A DNA stretch of 64,000 bases, taken from assembly GCA_963818475.1 (NCBI GenBank), contig CAWFSF010000002.1, positions 448,001 through 512,000 on the forward strand. Direction: 5' to 3'. A program made the translations under genes and the position numbers. Positions 1 through 10,042 of the stretch are shown piece after piece. The notes under the pieces were generated by a model. That model was not told where the DNA came from, searched no databases, and saw only the letters and a list, made by a program, of their open reading frames with translations. Origin of the DNA: Nitrospirota bacterium (GTDB lineage: Bacteria; Nitrospirota; UBA9217). How positions within the stretch are numbered: the first letter of the stretch is position 1; each line of letters opens with the position of its first letter.

Positions 1-805
1 TCCCTCCCACCCGCCGGAACTCGCCGGAATCGAGGAACCGCAGCAGCTTCGCCTGGAGCCCCACGGGCATTTCGCCGATCTCGTCCAGGAAGAGCGTCCC
101 CTTGTCGGCGACCTCGACGAGGCCGTGCTTCAGCTGATGGGCGCTGGTGAAGGCCCCCTTCTCGTGCCCGAAGATCTCAGACTCGATGAGGCTCTCCGAC
201 AGGCTTGCGCAGTTCAGCGCGATGAACGGGGTGTCCTTCCGCTTGCTGTTATGCCAGACCGTGTTGGCCACCAGCTCCTTGCCCGTGCCGCTCTCTCCCT
301 GGATGAAGACCGGCGAGTCCGTGGGCGCCACCTTCCTGATGAGCGCCAGGACGTCCTGCAACTGCCTGCTGGTGCCGATGAACTCGAAGGGGGTCTCCTT
401 GCGAACCAGCTCCTGCTCCAGCAGTTTGCTCTTGACGCTTAAGCGGCTGTACTCGCAAGCGCGGTCCACGACGATCACCAGTTCGTCGAGCTTGTACGGC
501 TTGGTGAGGTAATCATAGGCCCCGTTCTTCATGGCCTCCACCGCGGTCTCGACCGTGGCCTTGCCGGTCAGCACGATGATGGGCGGCGCCTGCGGGTCTT
601 CCTTGAGCTTTTTCATGAGCGACAGGCCGTCCATGCCGGGCATGACCACGTCGAGCAGGATAGCGTCAAAGGCGTTGTTCGACAAGAGCCGCAGAGCCTC
701 TCCGCCGTCGGCGGCCACCGACACGGAATAGCCCTTGCGGGTCAGCTCGTTCTTCAGAAGCCTTCGGAACGGCTCTTCGTCATCGACAACAAGAATGTTC
801 AGCAT
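1..805 (-). CDS. Sigma-54-dependent response regulator (NtrC/AtoC family), 3' end beyond window
   Basis: Manual translation from ATG at 805: [14 protein letters not shown] (receiver), [11 protein letters not shown] (Walker A), [20 protein letters not shown]. Confidence 0.92.
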   Translation of the reverse strand, partial: MLNILVVDDEEPFRRLLKNELTRKGYSVSVAADGGEALRLLSNNAFDAILLDVVMPGMDGLSLMKKLKEDPQAPPIIVLTGKATVETAVEAMKNGAYDYLTKPYKLDELVIVVDRACEYSRLSVKSKLLEQELVRKETPFEFIGTSRQLQDVLALIRKVAPTDSPVFIQGESGTGKELVANTVWHNSKRKDTPFIALNCASLSESLIESEIFGHEKGAFTSAHQLKHGLVEVADKGTLFLDEIGEMPVGLQAKLLRFLDSGEFRRVGG

Positions 806-840
806 TGTGATATCCCAACCCGGAAAACCCGGAACTGCCT

Positions 841-1099
841 TTTTTCACCACGGAGGCACAGAGACACGGAGAAAACCTTACGTCAGTATTAATTCAAGAA
901 CGTAACCTTTAAAAGAATCTCACTTCTACTTTTAGCCGTCATTCCGGCATGTCTCTAGCCGGAATCCAGAGGTGTTGTTTTTATATCTTAAAAATCCTGG
1001 ATTCCCGATGAAGCATTCGGGAATGACGAGAAAAGGACAATCGTACTTAAGAATCTACTCCCGCCTTCCTCCGTGTCTCCGTGCCTCCGTGGTAAAAAA
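841..1099. repeat. Inverted-repeat element with 9-nt periodic arms, containing a nested REP-like pair at 938-969/997-1028
   Basis: Arms caccacggaggcacagagacacggag and ctccgtgtctccgtgcctccgtggt; inner gtcattccgg..ccggaatccag / ctggattccc..gggaatgac. Confidence 0.8.
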
Positions 1100-1127
1100 G
1101 GTTCTTCTTTTGCTCTGACGATTCTGT

Positions 1128-3079
1128 TCACCGATGCCTGATCGCCGGCAGTTTGATGATAAAGGTCGTTCCCTTTCCCGGTTCGCTCTCCACATCAATG
1201 GTCCCGCCGTGCTCTTCCACGATCCGGTGGCAGATGGTGAGCCCCAGGCCGGTCCCCTCGCCGACGGGCTTGGTCGTAAAGAAGGGATCGAACACCTTGC
1301 CGATGAGGTCCGCAGGGATGCCCGCGCCCGTGTCCCGGACATCAAGCCGGACCCAGCCCGCGTTCTCCACCCCGTCAGGGCTGGTCGCGATCGAGATGCT
1401 CCCGCCCTCGGGCGTGAAATAGATGGCGTTCAGGAGCAGGTTCATCAGGAGCTGCCGGAGGCTCCCCGCGTCAGCGGAGATCTTCGGCAGGTCGCGGTTC
1501 AGCGTGAGCGACAGGGTATGCTGCAGCCGGGCTGTCCGGTGCTGGAGCAGGAGCAGCACTTCCTTGATGAGCTCGTTGATGTCGATCTCCCGGAACGTGC
1601 CGCCCGACGGCCGCGCGAACTCAAGCAGGCTTTTGAGGATCCCCTTGCACCGGAAGATCTCGCTGTGGATGGTCCGCAGATACTCGGGAAAGTCCTCGAA
1701 GCCCGGGACGCCCGAGAGCGTTGGTTCGTGGGCGCGGTCGAGCAGCGCCTCGGAATAACCCGCGATGATCCCCAGGGGATTGTTGATCTCGTGGGCGATG
1801 CCCGCCACGAGCGTGCCGAGCGACGCCAGCTTGTCCGTGCGGATGAGCTGCTGTTCGAGCCGCCGCTGCGCCGTCACGTCCTTCAGATAATGAACGATGG
1901 CGTAGAGCTTGCCCTCGTCGTCCAGGAGCGGATAGGCCCAGAAGTGGAAGATGTTCCCGCTCGTTGGTCTTCAGCTCCTGAAAGGTCGGGCGCTTGTGGG
2001 TCAACGTGTCCTGGCACAGGCAGTGTGCGATCGTGATCCCGATCCGGTCGAGCAGTTCCCCGCAGTACTTGCCCGTGATCTCGGTCTTGGAAAAGCCCGT
2101 TGTGGCGAGCAGGGTCTGGTTGGCGCGGACGACCTGCTGTTTGCCGTCCTCGATCCAGACCATGTCGGTGATCGCATCGAAGGTCCGCTCCCACTCCTTT
2201 TTCTCCTTCGATATTTCTTCAAAGAGCAGCGCGTTCTCCAGGGCGACGGCAATGTGCTTGGCCACCATCAGCAGGACCTCGAGGTCCTTCTCGGAGTACT
2301 GCCCGGGCTCGGTGCTGTCGAAGTTGAACACGCCGAGCATCCGGTCGTGGTAGAGAGGGATGCTGACAGTGGACCGGATGCCTTCCTGCAGCAGCTTCCG
2401 GTCCAGGGGGAACGCTGTCGTCTCCAGGTCTTCGCTGATCCAGGGCCTGTTGTTCCGAACGACCCAGCCGGCGCTGGTGCCTTCGATCGGCGCCTTGACG
2501 CCTTTTTTCATGGCCGTCTTCATCTCCGTGTCCAGGGCGAAGATGAGGAGCGTGTTGTCCGTTTCATTGTAGAGGAGGAGGCTCGCCCTGCTGTAGGCAA
2601 TGATTTTGCGCAGTTCGGAGACGACCATGCGGAAGATGGTGCCGATGCTGAGGCTGGAGTTGATGATGCCCGATAAGCTCGTTGATGAGCTCGACCTGCG
2701 CCACCTTGCCGGGTGGCATGCAGGCGGGCAGGCCGTCCTCAGGCGCGTCCCGCACCACCACGGTCCGGAGGCCTATGCGCAGGTCCTGGCCGGAAATGAC
2801 GACGATGCGCGAGTGGAAGGAACTCCCGTCTTTCCGGTAACAGGGAGTAGGAGCAGATACAACAGGCATGGCTGCCGGATCGGACAGCAACCCCTCGAAA
2901 AACAGGAATTTTCCCACGTCGAGCCCGACCATCTCGTCCCTTTGCCAGCCAAAAACCCGGGGCACACTATCATTGCACGTGACGACCCTGCCCGCTGCGT
3001 CGATGACGAACACCGGCAGGTTCAGCACATCGAAGGTCTTCAGGAGTTCCGCGTTGTCGCTCTGAAGTGCGGTTTTCAT
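1128..3079 (-). CDS. PAS-GAF-PAS sensor histidine kinase, split into 3 ORFs by frameshifts
   Basis: 2564-3079 PAS; 1621-2628 GAF+PAS; 1128-1877 AHEINNPL H-box, NLLLNAI, DTGAGI, FFTTKPVGEGTGLGL; adjacent response regulator. Confidence 0.9.
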
Positions 3080-3112
3080 GATTTATAGTAACACAGTCGG
3101 GAAGGGGGTTCA

Positions 3113-3242
3113 ATTGCGGATTGCAGATTTAAGTCTTACGGTAATTTTGAGCCGCGAGCACATCCAAGCCAGGTTCAAAAGCCTTAACGCACAGTCCATT
3201 TTCGTTGTTTTAATCCGCAATCCGAAATCCGAAATCCGCAAT
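3113..3242. repeat. Heptamer (ATCCGCA/ATCCGAA) inverted-repeat element
   Basis: attgcggattgcagattt at 3113-3130 and aatccgcaatccgaaatccgaaatccgcaat at 3212-3242. Confidence 0.75.
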
Positions 3243-3280
3243 GCTTGACTAAGCAAGGTGTTGCAGACTATTATGAACCC

Positions 3281-4201
3281 GTGAAGCTCAGGATCGGACA
3301 TCTTTCCACCTTCTACCATACCGCCATCCTGCTTATGGCCCGAAAGGATATTTTATCCCGACAGGGGATAGAGGCTGAATGGACGCTCATGGGCACCGGT
3401 CCTGCCATCATGAAGGCCTTTGGCAGGGGCGAGCTTGACCTTGCTTACATCGGCCTGCCGCCTGCCATCATCGCTATGGAACAGGGCAGCCGGGTCGTTT
3501 GCATCGCAGGCGGCCACATGGAAGGCACGGTCATGGCCGGCAAGTCGCACTGGCTCGGCTTCCCGGAGACTGACGATCTTGGAAAGATCCTCGGCCAGTT
3601 CGAAGGTAAGACGATCGGCGTGCCGGGGAACGGTTCCATCCACGATGTCATCCTGAAGGATTCCATCGCCCGGTATGCGGCAGGAAGGAACATCCTGGTC
3701 AGGAACTACCCCTGGGCGGACCTCGTCACCGAAGCTGTGGTAACAGGAGAGGCGGCGGCTGCCTTCGGGACCCCTGCTTTGGCGATCGCGATCAAGCGCT
3801 TCGCCGGGGGGAAGATACTCTATCCTGCTGCGAAGCTCTGGCCGCACAATCCGAGCTACGGCATCATCGCGGACAGGTCCTTTCTGAATGCACATCGAGA
3901 GACGGCCGAGCGGTTCCTGATCAGCCATGAGGAGGCCGAGGCGGTCCTCAGGAACGATCCCGCCAATGCAGCGCAGGCGATAGCTGACCACGTGGGCATC
4001 ATCGACCAGGAGTTCGTGCTCGAGACCCTGCAGGTCTCGCCGAAGTACTGCGCACAGCTCACAACGGAGTACATCTCCTCCACCATGGCATTCGTCGGCG
4101 CTCTCAGAAAACTCGGATATATCAGGCGGGAACTGGAGAAGAACGAGATCTTTGATACGTCGCTGATCGCAAAGATACATCCGGAAAAGGACCATTACTG
4201 A
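3281..4201 (+). CDS. ABC transporter substrate-binding protein, NitT/TauT/SsuA-like
   Basis: LRIGHL, GPAIMKAFGRGELDLAYIGLPPAI, GKTIGVPGNGSIHDVIL; GTG start inferred; no permease adjacent. Confidence 0.8.
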   Translation: MKLRIGHLSTFYHTAILLMARKDILSRQGIEAEWTLMGTGPAIMKAFGRGELDLAYIGLPPAIIAMEQGSRVVCIAGGHMEGTVMAGKSHWLGFPETDDLGKILGQFEGKTIGVPGNGSIHDVILKDSIARYAAGRNILVRNYPWADLVTEAVVTGEAAAAFGTPALAIAIKRFAGGKILYPAAKLWPHNPSYGIIADRSFLNAHRETAERFLISHEEAEAVLRNDPANAAQAIADHVGIIDQEFVLETLQVSPKYCAQLTTEYISSTMAFVGALRKLGYIRRELEKNEIFDTSLIAKIHPEKDHY

Positions 4202-4225
4202 ATTCCACGCAATAGGGCAAAAAAC

Positions 4226-4360
4226 GGCAAGAAATTTTCTCGCAAAGGCGCAAAGGTCGCAAAGAAAAGCAAATCATTCGGGGGTTAAAAGCCAGGTCTT
4301 AAAGGTTTCCTTTGCGACCTTTGCGCCTTTGCGAGAGACGCCTTTGCTTGTCCGGGTTAA
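4226..4360. repeat. Inverted-repeat element with periodic CGCAAAG arms
   Basis: ctcgcaaaggcgcaaaggtcgcaaag / ctttgcgacctttgcgcctttgcgag; related copy at 49833-50017. Confidence 0.8.
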
Positions 4361-4384
4361 CGAAACGTGATAATATAACGATTC

Positions 4385-5152
4385 ATGCGAAAACAAGCAT
4401 TGCTCGACAATATCAGCATCATCCTCGTGGATACGAAGACGCCCGCGAATATCGGGGCTGTTGCCCGGTGCATGATGAACACCGGCCTCTCCCGCCTGAT
4501 CCTGGTGGATCCGCCGATCGACCGGAACGGCGAAGCGCTCAAGCTGGCTGCAGGAGCGGGCGCGATACTCGCTGCTGCACAGACCTATGACTCGCTGGAC
4601 AAGGCTGTTGCCGACCACCACTTGGTGATCGGCACCTCGCGCCACAAAGGAAAACAGCGAAAGAACATGCGCTCTCCACGCGTGCAGGCAGAAATCGTGG
4701 TTCCGCTGCTGGCACACAACAAGGCGGCAGTTGTGTTCGGGAACGAGGTGAACGGACTGACGAACCAGGATCTCGCCCTCTGCCATGAGTTGATCGCCAT
4801 CCCGTCGGCTGAGGCCCATCCTTCCCTGAACCTGTCCCATGCGGTCATGATCGTGGCATATGAACTGTTCCTGGCCGCAGGAGCAGGAGCCACGCCTTCT
4901 GTTTCCCGGACCGCACTGGCCACAGGAGCGGATGCCGAGCAGTTTTACAGCCATCTGCAGCAGACCCTGCAGGACATCGGCTTTCTGGACAAGGAGCGGC
5001 CGGAACGCATGATGCTTTCTTTGCGCCAGCTCTTCGGTAAAGCCCGCCTCAGCAGCCGGGACATCGGAATATTGCAGGGCGTCCTGAGCGCTGTTGACCG
5101 TGTCCGCAGCTCGGGCAGCAGCAGACCCCGGACCCCCTCAAACTGCGATTAG
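4385..5152 (+). CDS. trmJ: SPOUT RNA methyltransferase, TrmJ/LasT family
   Basis: PANIGAVARCMMNTG, VFGNEVNGLTNQDL, SLNLSHAV. Confidence 0.85.
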   Translation: MRKQALLDNISIILVDTKTPANIGAVARCMMNTGLSRLILVDPPIDRNGEALKLAAGAGAILAAAQTYDSLDKAVADHHLVIGTSRHKGKQRKNMRSPRVQAEIVVPLLAHNKAAVVFGNEVNGLTNQDLALCHELIAIPSAEAHPSLNLSHAVMIVAYELFLAAGAGATPSVSRTALATGADAEQFYSHLQQTLQDIGFLDKERPERMMLSLRQLFGKARLSSRDIGILQGVLSAVDRVRSSGSSRPRTPSNCD

Positions 5153-5296
5153 CAGACAATCTTCAGTTTAACATTCCCATTGATTTTATTTTCCGCATTA
5201 ATTATATTGTACAAAATTTAATGTTGCCAAGTTCGCGGTTACAAAGCGCGGACAAACCCCTTCCGAATCGGGAGGACAGCGCAGCTGGGAGATTCG

Positions 5297-5692
5297 ATGA
5301 AGAAAAACTGCTGGGAGCATAAAAAGTGCGGCAGACAGCCGGGTGGCAGCAAGGCCGCCGAGCTCGGCATTTGCCCGGTCACCACCTACGCGGAGCTGGA
5401 TGGAGCCCATGAGGGGAAGAATGCGGGCCGGGCCTGCTGGGCCATCGCAGGCTCGCTCTGCGGCGGCAAGATCCAGGGCACCTACGCTCAGAAACTGCAC
5501 AACTGCTGGAGATGCGAATTCATGAACGCAGTCAAGGCTGAAGAAGAACCCACGCCCTTCGGTTTTTCCGCAACGCGCCTCGGCATGGACAAGGCGCTCG
5601 AAAAAGAGCGGACAGCCAAAACCGCTCCTCAAAGAAGCGCGCCGGTTGTTGAGCAGAGCCAGCCTAAGAAAGTAAACTTCTGGGGCCGATAA
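5297..5692 (+). CDS. Cys-rich two-CW domain protein, copy 1
   Basis: NCWEHKKCGR, CPV, GKNAGRACWAIAGSLCGG, NCWRCEF. Confidence 0.75.
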   Translation: MKKNCWEHKKCGRQPGGSKAAELGICPVTTYAELDGAHEGKNAGRACWAIAGSLCGGKIQGTYAQKLHNCWRCEFMNAVKAEEEPTPFGFSATRLGMDKALEKERTAKTAPQRSAPVVEQSQPKKVNFWGR

Positions 5693-5706
5693 TTTTTTCA
5701 GAAAGG

Positions 5707-6093
5707 ATGGAGCATCGATCGATGGGGAAATTGAACTGCTGGGAACACAAAAAGTGCGGACGACAGCCGGGAGGGCACAAGTCTCAGGAGCTGGGCATCT
5801 GCCCCGTCACAACACATCAGGACCTGCATGGCGCCCACGAGGGGAAAAATGCCGGCCGGGCCTGCTGGGTCGTTGCAGGCTCGCTCTGCGGAGGCAAGAT
5901 CCAGGGTACCTATGCCCAGAAGCTGTCGAACTGCTGGAGATGTGATTTTATGACCGCGGTGAAGCGGGAGGAAGACCCGACGCCGCTCGGATTTTCAGCA
6001 ACGCGCCTTGGCATGGAAAAGTCCATTGAAAAACAACGGTACGGCATTCCTGCCGATTTCCTGTCATCGGTCCAGAAAACCGAATCCCATTAG
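5707..6093 (+). CDS. Cys-rich two-CW domain protein, copy 2
   Basis: Near-identical core to 5297-5692. Confidence 0.75.
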   Translation: MEHRSMGKLNCWEHKKCGRQPGGHKSQELGICPVTTHQDLHGAHEGKNAGRACWVVAGSLCGGKIQGTYAQKLSNCWRCDFMTAVKREEDPTPLGFSATRLGMEKSIEKQRYGIPADFLSSVQKTESH

Positions 6094-6122
6094 GGTCATC
6101 ACAACTTTATTTTTTGCATCTG

Positions 6123-6155
6123 ATGCCACAGCACAGTGCTGTGGCATTTTGTTTT
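6123..6155 (+). terminator. Intrinsic terminator between two-CW genes and ftsZ
   Basis: atgccacagca-cag-tgctgtggcat followed by tttgtttt. Confidence 0.7.
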
Positions 6156-6274
6156 CCATTAATCCTCTTCGCAAGTCTTTGTAACTACTCACATCAATAC
6201 ATTCTTCGCAGAATCCGAAAGCAGTCGCTTGTAATCGACGCAGTTTCCAGCCTTTTTTGGTTCTCAGGGTTAGT

Positions 6275-7528
6275 TCAATCCGCCTGCCGCCTGAGGAACG
6301 TGGGCTTGTCGTAATCCTGGTCGTCGATGCCCAGCGCCTCGTTCTTGAAAGCGAAGGCCTCCTGCTTGCGCACCGCCTTGGTAACTCCGCCGATCTTCTG
6401 ATATTCTTTCAGGTTCGACACCACCTTCATGCGGGTCTTGGCGCCCTCCTCATCAAAGCCCGTGGCGATCACCGTCACCATGAGCTCCTCGCTCATGACC
6501 GGATTGATCACCGCGCCGAAGATGATGTTCGCATCGGGGTCCACCTCCGCCTTGATGATGGCCGTGGCCTCGTCGAACTCGAAGATCCCCATGTCGCTGC
6601 CGCCGGTAATGTTGATGAGCACCCCGCGGGCGCCTTTGATGGAGCCGTCCTCGAGCAGCGGGCTGGAGATAGCCTTCTGCGCCGCCTCGACCGCCCGGTT
6701 CTCCCCCGTGCCGACGCCCGTGCCCATCACCGCCCTGCCGCGGTTCGACATCACGGTCTTGACGTCGGCGAAGTCGACGTTCACGTAGCCGTGCATCATC
6801 ACCACGTCGGAGATGCCCTTGACGGCCTGCACCAGCACGTTGTCGGCCAGCTTGAACGCATCGAGCGCGGAGGTCTTCTTTTCGGACAGATTGAGCACGC
6901 GGCTGTTGGGGATCACGATAAGCGCATCCACCTGTTTCTTCAGCTCCGCGATGCCTTCATCGGCATACTTCATCCGCTTGGCGCCCTCGAAATCGAAGGG
7001 CTTGGTCACCACGCCGACGACCAGGGCGCCCACCTCGCGCGCCAGCCCGGCGATCACCGGCGCCGCGCCCGTGCCCGTGCCGCCGCCCATGCCCGCGGTT
7101 ATGAAGACCATCTCGGTGCCGGCCAGCGCGGCCTTGATCTTCTCGGCATCCTCCAGCGCCGCGCTCCTGCCGATCTCCGGGTTCGCCCCGGCCCCCCGTC
7201 CGCTGGTGAGCTTGGACCCGATCTGGAGCTTCACCGGCACGGGCGACCGGTCCAGGGCCTGCATATCGGTGTTGACCACGATGAACTGCACGCCCTTCAC
7301 GTCGGCTTTGACCATGGTGCTGACCGCATTGCTTCCGCCGCCGCCCACGCCGATCACCTTGATGATCGCCGGCAGGTTCTCCTCGGCGAACTGGAGCATG
7401 CCCGCCGGGCCGCGCGCTCCTGCAGCGTCAGCCGTTCTGGAGCGGGTGGCCTCTGCAGCGGCATCGTGCTCGCTTGCCACGAATTCCATGATGTCCTGAA
7501 ATCCAAAATCGAGATTGTCGTCAGCCAT
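6275..7528 (-). CDS. ftsZ: Cell division protein FtsZ
   Basis: IKVIGVGGGGSNAV, GMGGGTGTG tubulin signature, C-terminal KPTFLRRQAD. Confidence 0.98.
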   Translation of the reverse strand: MADDNLDFGFQDIMEFVASEHDAAAEATRSRTADAAGARGPAGMLQFAEENLPAIIKVIGVGGGGSNAVSTMVKADVKGVQFIVVNTDMQALDRSPVPVKLQIGSKLTSGRGAGANPEIGRSAALEDAEKIKAALAGTEMVFITAGMGGGTGTGAAPVIAGLAREVGALVVGVVTKPFDFEGAKRMKYADEGIAELKKQVDALIVIPNSRVLNLSEKKTSALDAFKLADNVLVQAVKGISDVVMMHGYVNVDFADVKTVMSNRGRAVMGTGVGTGENRAVEAAQKAISSPLLEDGSIKGARGVLINITGGSDMGIFEFDEATAIIKAEVDPDANIIFGAVINPVMSEELMVTVIATGFDEEGAKTRMKVVSNLKEYQKIGGVTKAVRKQEAFAFKNEALGIDDQDYDKPTFLRRQAD

Positions 7529-7634
7529 CAACCCCTCCGTTCTTTTTAATGAACCCGGGTCTCCCGTCGCCTCGCGTCTTTTGCCGCATCCGGTTTGCGA
7601 GGTGCTGCTTCCTCTTCCTGGTCAAAGCTCAGCA

Positions 7635-8855
7635 TTAGAAGTATTCTCCCATCCATTTCGAGACTTTGGTCAAGATCCCGGTGCCCCTGAATTTCCGCGG
7701 CGCCTCTCGCTGGTTCGCCGCGCCGTACAGCACCAGCCCGACGCCGGTGGAGTAGACCGGGCTGTTCACGACATCCATGAGGCCCCCGATGTTCTTCGGC
7801 GTTCCGCGCCGCACCGGCAGCCCGATAAAGCGCTCGGCCGCCTCCTGCAGCCCCTCGAGCAGGGCGACCCCGCCGGTAAGGACGATGCCCGATGCGCACA
7901 TATCCTCGTACCCGGTCTTTTTGAGCCGCTGCTGGATCATGCCGAAAAGCTCTTCCACGCGCGGCTCGATGATCTCGCACAGGATCTGGCGGGACAGGAG
8001 ACGCGGCGGCCTGCCGCCCACGCTCGGCACATCAAGGGTCTCTTCGTGCTTCACGAGCGACGACAGCGCGCACCCGTATTTGATCTTGATCTTCTCGGCC
8101 TCCGACGCGGGCGTGCGCAACCCGATGGCGATGTCATTGGTCAGGTGGTTGCCGCCGATGGGAAGCACTTCGGTATGCCAGAGGCTTCCCTCGAGGAAGA
8201 TCGCCATATCGGTCGTTCCGCCGCCGATGTCGACGACGACCACGCCCAGGTCCTGCTCCTCGGCGGTCAGCACGGCGCGGCTCGACGCCAGCGGCTGCAG
8301 CACCAGATCGTTGACCTGGAGACCGGCGCGGGAGCAGCTCTTGACGATGTTCTGGATCGAGGTGACGGCGCCGCTGATGATGTGCACCTTGACGTCGAGC
8401 CGCACCCCGGACATGCCGAGGGGGTCCTTGATCCCGTCCTGGTCGTCGATGATGAATTCCTGCGGCAGCACGTGCAGCACCTGCTGGTCCATGGGGATGT
8501 TCACGGCCCGGGCGCCGTCGATGGCGCGCGCCACGTCGGCCTGGCCCACTTCCTTGTTCTTGATCGCCGCGACCCCGCGGGAGTTGAGGCCCTTGATATG
8601 GCCGCCGGAAACGCCGACATAGACGGAGTTGATCTCCACGCCGGCCATCAGCTCGGCCTCGTGCACGGCCTTCCGGATGGACTCGACCGTGCTGTCGATG
8701 TTCACGACCACACCCTTCTTCAGTCCATGGGAGGGGCTGATGCCGATCCCGATGATGTCCACCTGACCGTCGTCCTTTACCTCGCCCACGATGGCGCAGA
8801 CCTTGGTCGTCCCCAGATCGAGCCCTACCAGCACATTATCCTGCTTTTTTACCAC
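7635..8855 (-). CDS. ftsA: Cell division protein FtsA
   Basis: VGLDLGTTKV, DIGGGTTD, IVLTGG; GTG start after GGAGG. Confidence 0.97.
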   Translation of the reverse strand: MVKKQDNVLVGLDLGTTKVCAIVGEVKDDGQVDIIGIGISPSHGLKKGVVVNIDSTVESIRKAVHEAELMAGVEINSVYVGVSGGHIKGLNSRGVAAIKNKEVGQADVARAIDGARAVNIPMDQQVLHVLPQEFIIDDQDGIKDPLGMSGVRLDVKVHIISGAVTSIQNIVKSCSRAGLQVNDLVLQPLASSRAVLTAEEQDLGVVVVDIGGGTTDMAIFLEGSLWHTEVLPIGGNHLTNDIAIGLRTPASEAEKIKIKYGCALSSLVKHEETLDVPSVGGRPPRLLSRQILCEIIEPRVEELFGMIQQRLKKTGYEDMCASGIVLTGGVALLEGLQEAAERFIGLPVRRGTPKNIGGLMDVVNSPVYSTGVGLVLYGAANQREAPRKFRGTGILTKVSKWMGEYF

Positions 8856-8892
8856 GGCGCACCCTCCCTGATCGTAACTGCCAAGGTATTTT

Positions 8893-9003
8893 GGCTGAAG
8901 ACTGAAGGCTGAAGATGGCAACTATCGGCCGCCTTAAATTCCTTTTATGTGGCCTCGCGCGATTTGCGCTTAACAACCTTCCACCTTCAGCCTATCTACC
9001 TGA
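8893..9003. repeat. Heptamer (GCTGAAG-type) inverted-repeat element at the ftsQ/ftsA junction
   Basis: ggctgaagactgaaggctgaag ... accttccaccttcagcctatctacctga. Confidence 0.6.
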
Positions 9004-9006
9004 ATA

Positions 9007-9904
9007 CTATTTGCCCTTGCCCCGCGGACTGTTCCCCTTGACCGGTGACCCGCTGCCCGGAGCTTTTACGGTCATCACCGCTGCCTGACGCTCGGGACGC
9101 AGGTCGACGTAAGCGATGGTAAGGCCGCGCTGCTGTATGTCGCTCAGGATCTCACCCAGCCGCCTGAGCTTTTCCGTATAGTTGCCGCTGCCGATCCTGA
9201 ACTCATGTCCGTTGTACACCACGGCAAGCGTTTCAGCCGAATTCGCCCTGACCGTAATGTCGGCCGCTCTCCATCCGCCGCGGCGTGCGATCTCCTGCAG
9301 CAGCGCCAACGCCTCGGTCAGCACACCTGAATCCACCGGATGTCCTGGCTGCAGCCGGCAGCCGCTGATCGAAACGTTCGGCAAGACCTGCCCATCTGCC
9401 GCCGCCGCGGACTCCCGGACGATTACCACGCCCTCGTCGTCGATGAGGTAGCGCTCCGCTGCCGCTGTCGAGCACGGCAACGGGTGTCCGTTCGGATAGC
9501 GTCATGCTGATGCGGTTCGGCAAATGCCGGTGGAGCCGCACGTCCAGAACCCAGGGAAGCGCGCGGGCACGCTGCGCGGCTTCATCGAGGCTTACTTTGA
9601 AAATGCTCTGGCCGGTGAAAGCGCCGGCAATGTTCTGCAGCTCGTCTTTGCTCAGATGCCGGGCGCCGGTCACATCGACACCGGCGACCTGAAAGGTCTC
9701 GCTGTGCGCTGCCCATTGATACCCGATCCACGCAAGGTAACAGCCTCCGGTCACGAGCACGACCACCATGACCCTGATCAGCGCGGCCACCAGGCCGGAC
9801 GGTTCCCTCCGCGGTCCGCGGCCCACCGACACCCGCTTGACGGTCGTCCGTGGATTTCGTGAGCGGTACGATCTCGGTACCTTTACGTTCTTATAATCAC
9901 GCAT
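9007..9904 (-). CDS. ftsQ: Cell division protein FtsQ/DivIB (frameshifted)
   Basis: TM + POTRA (ALPWVLDVRLHRHLPNRISMTLSERTPVA) in 9233-9910; C-terminal YVDLR in 9007-9480; dcw position. Confidence 0.88.
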
Positions 9905-9908
9905 GGGC

Positions 9909-10042
9909 AATTTCGGATTGCGGATTTCGGATTTCGGATTTGTACATCAAAAAGACACCTTTCCTTTCGCAATCCGCATTCCGCATCTCCCCATCAGGAC
10001 TTCCAGTTCACATTCCGCAATCCGCAATCCGAAATCCGCAAT
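9909..10042. repeat. Heptamer ATCCGMA inverted-repeat element at the ddl/ftsQ junction
   Basis: (atttcgg/attgcgg)x4 at 9909-9941; complementary runs at 9966-9986 and 10011-10042. Confidence 0.8.

Noticed and set aside
5235-5292. c-di-GMP-I (GEMM) riboswitch upstream of the two-CW genes
   Set aside because: Only a loose caaaccc..gggagg resemblance; no GAAA tetraloop/receptor or P2 stem found.
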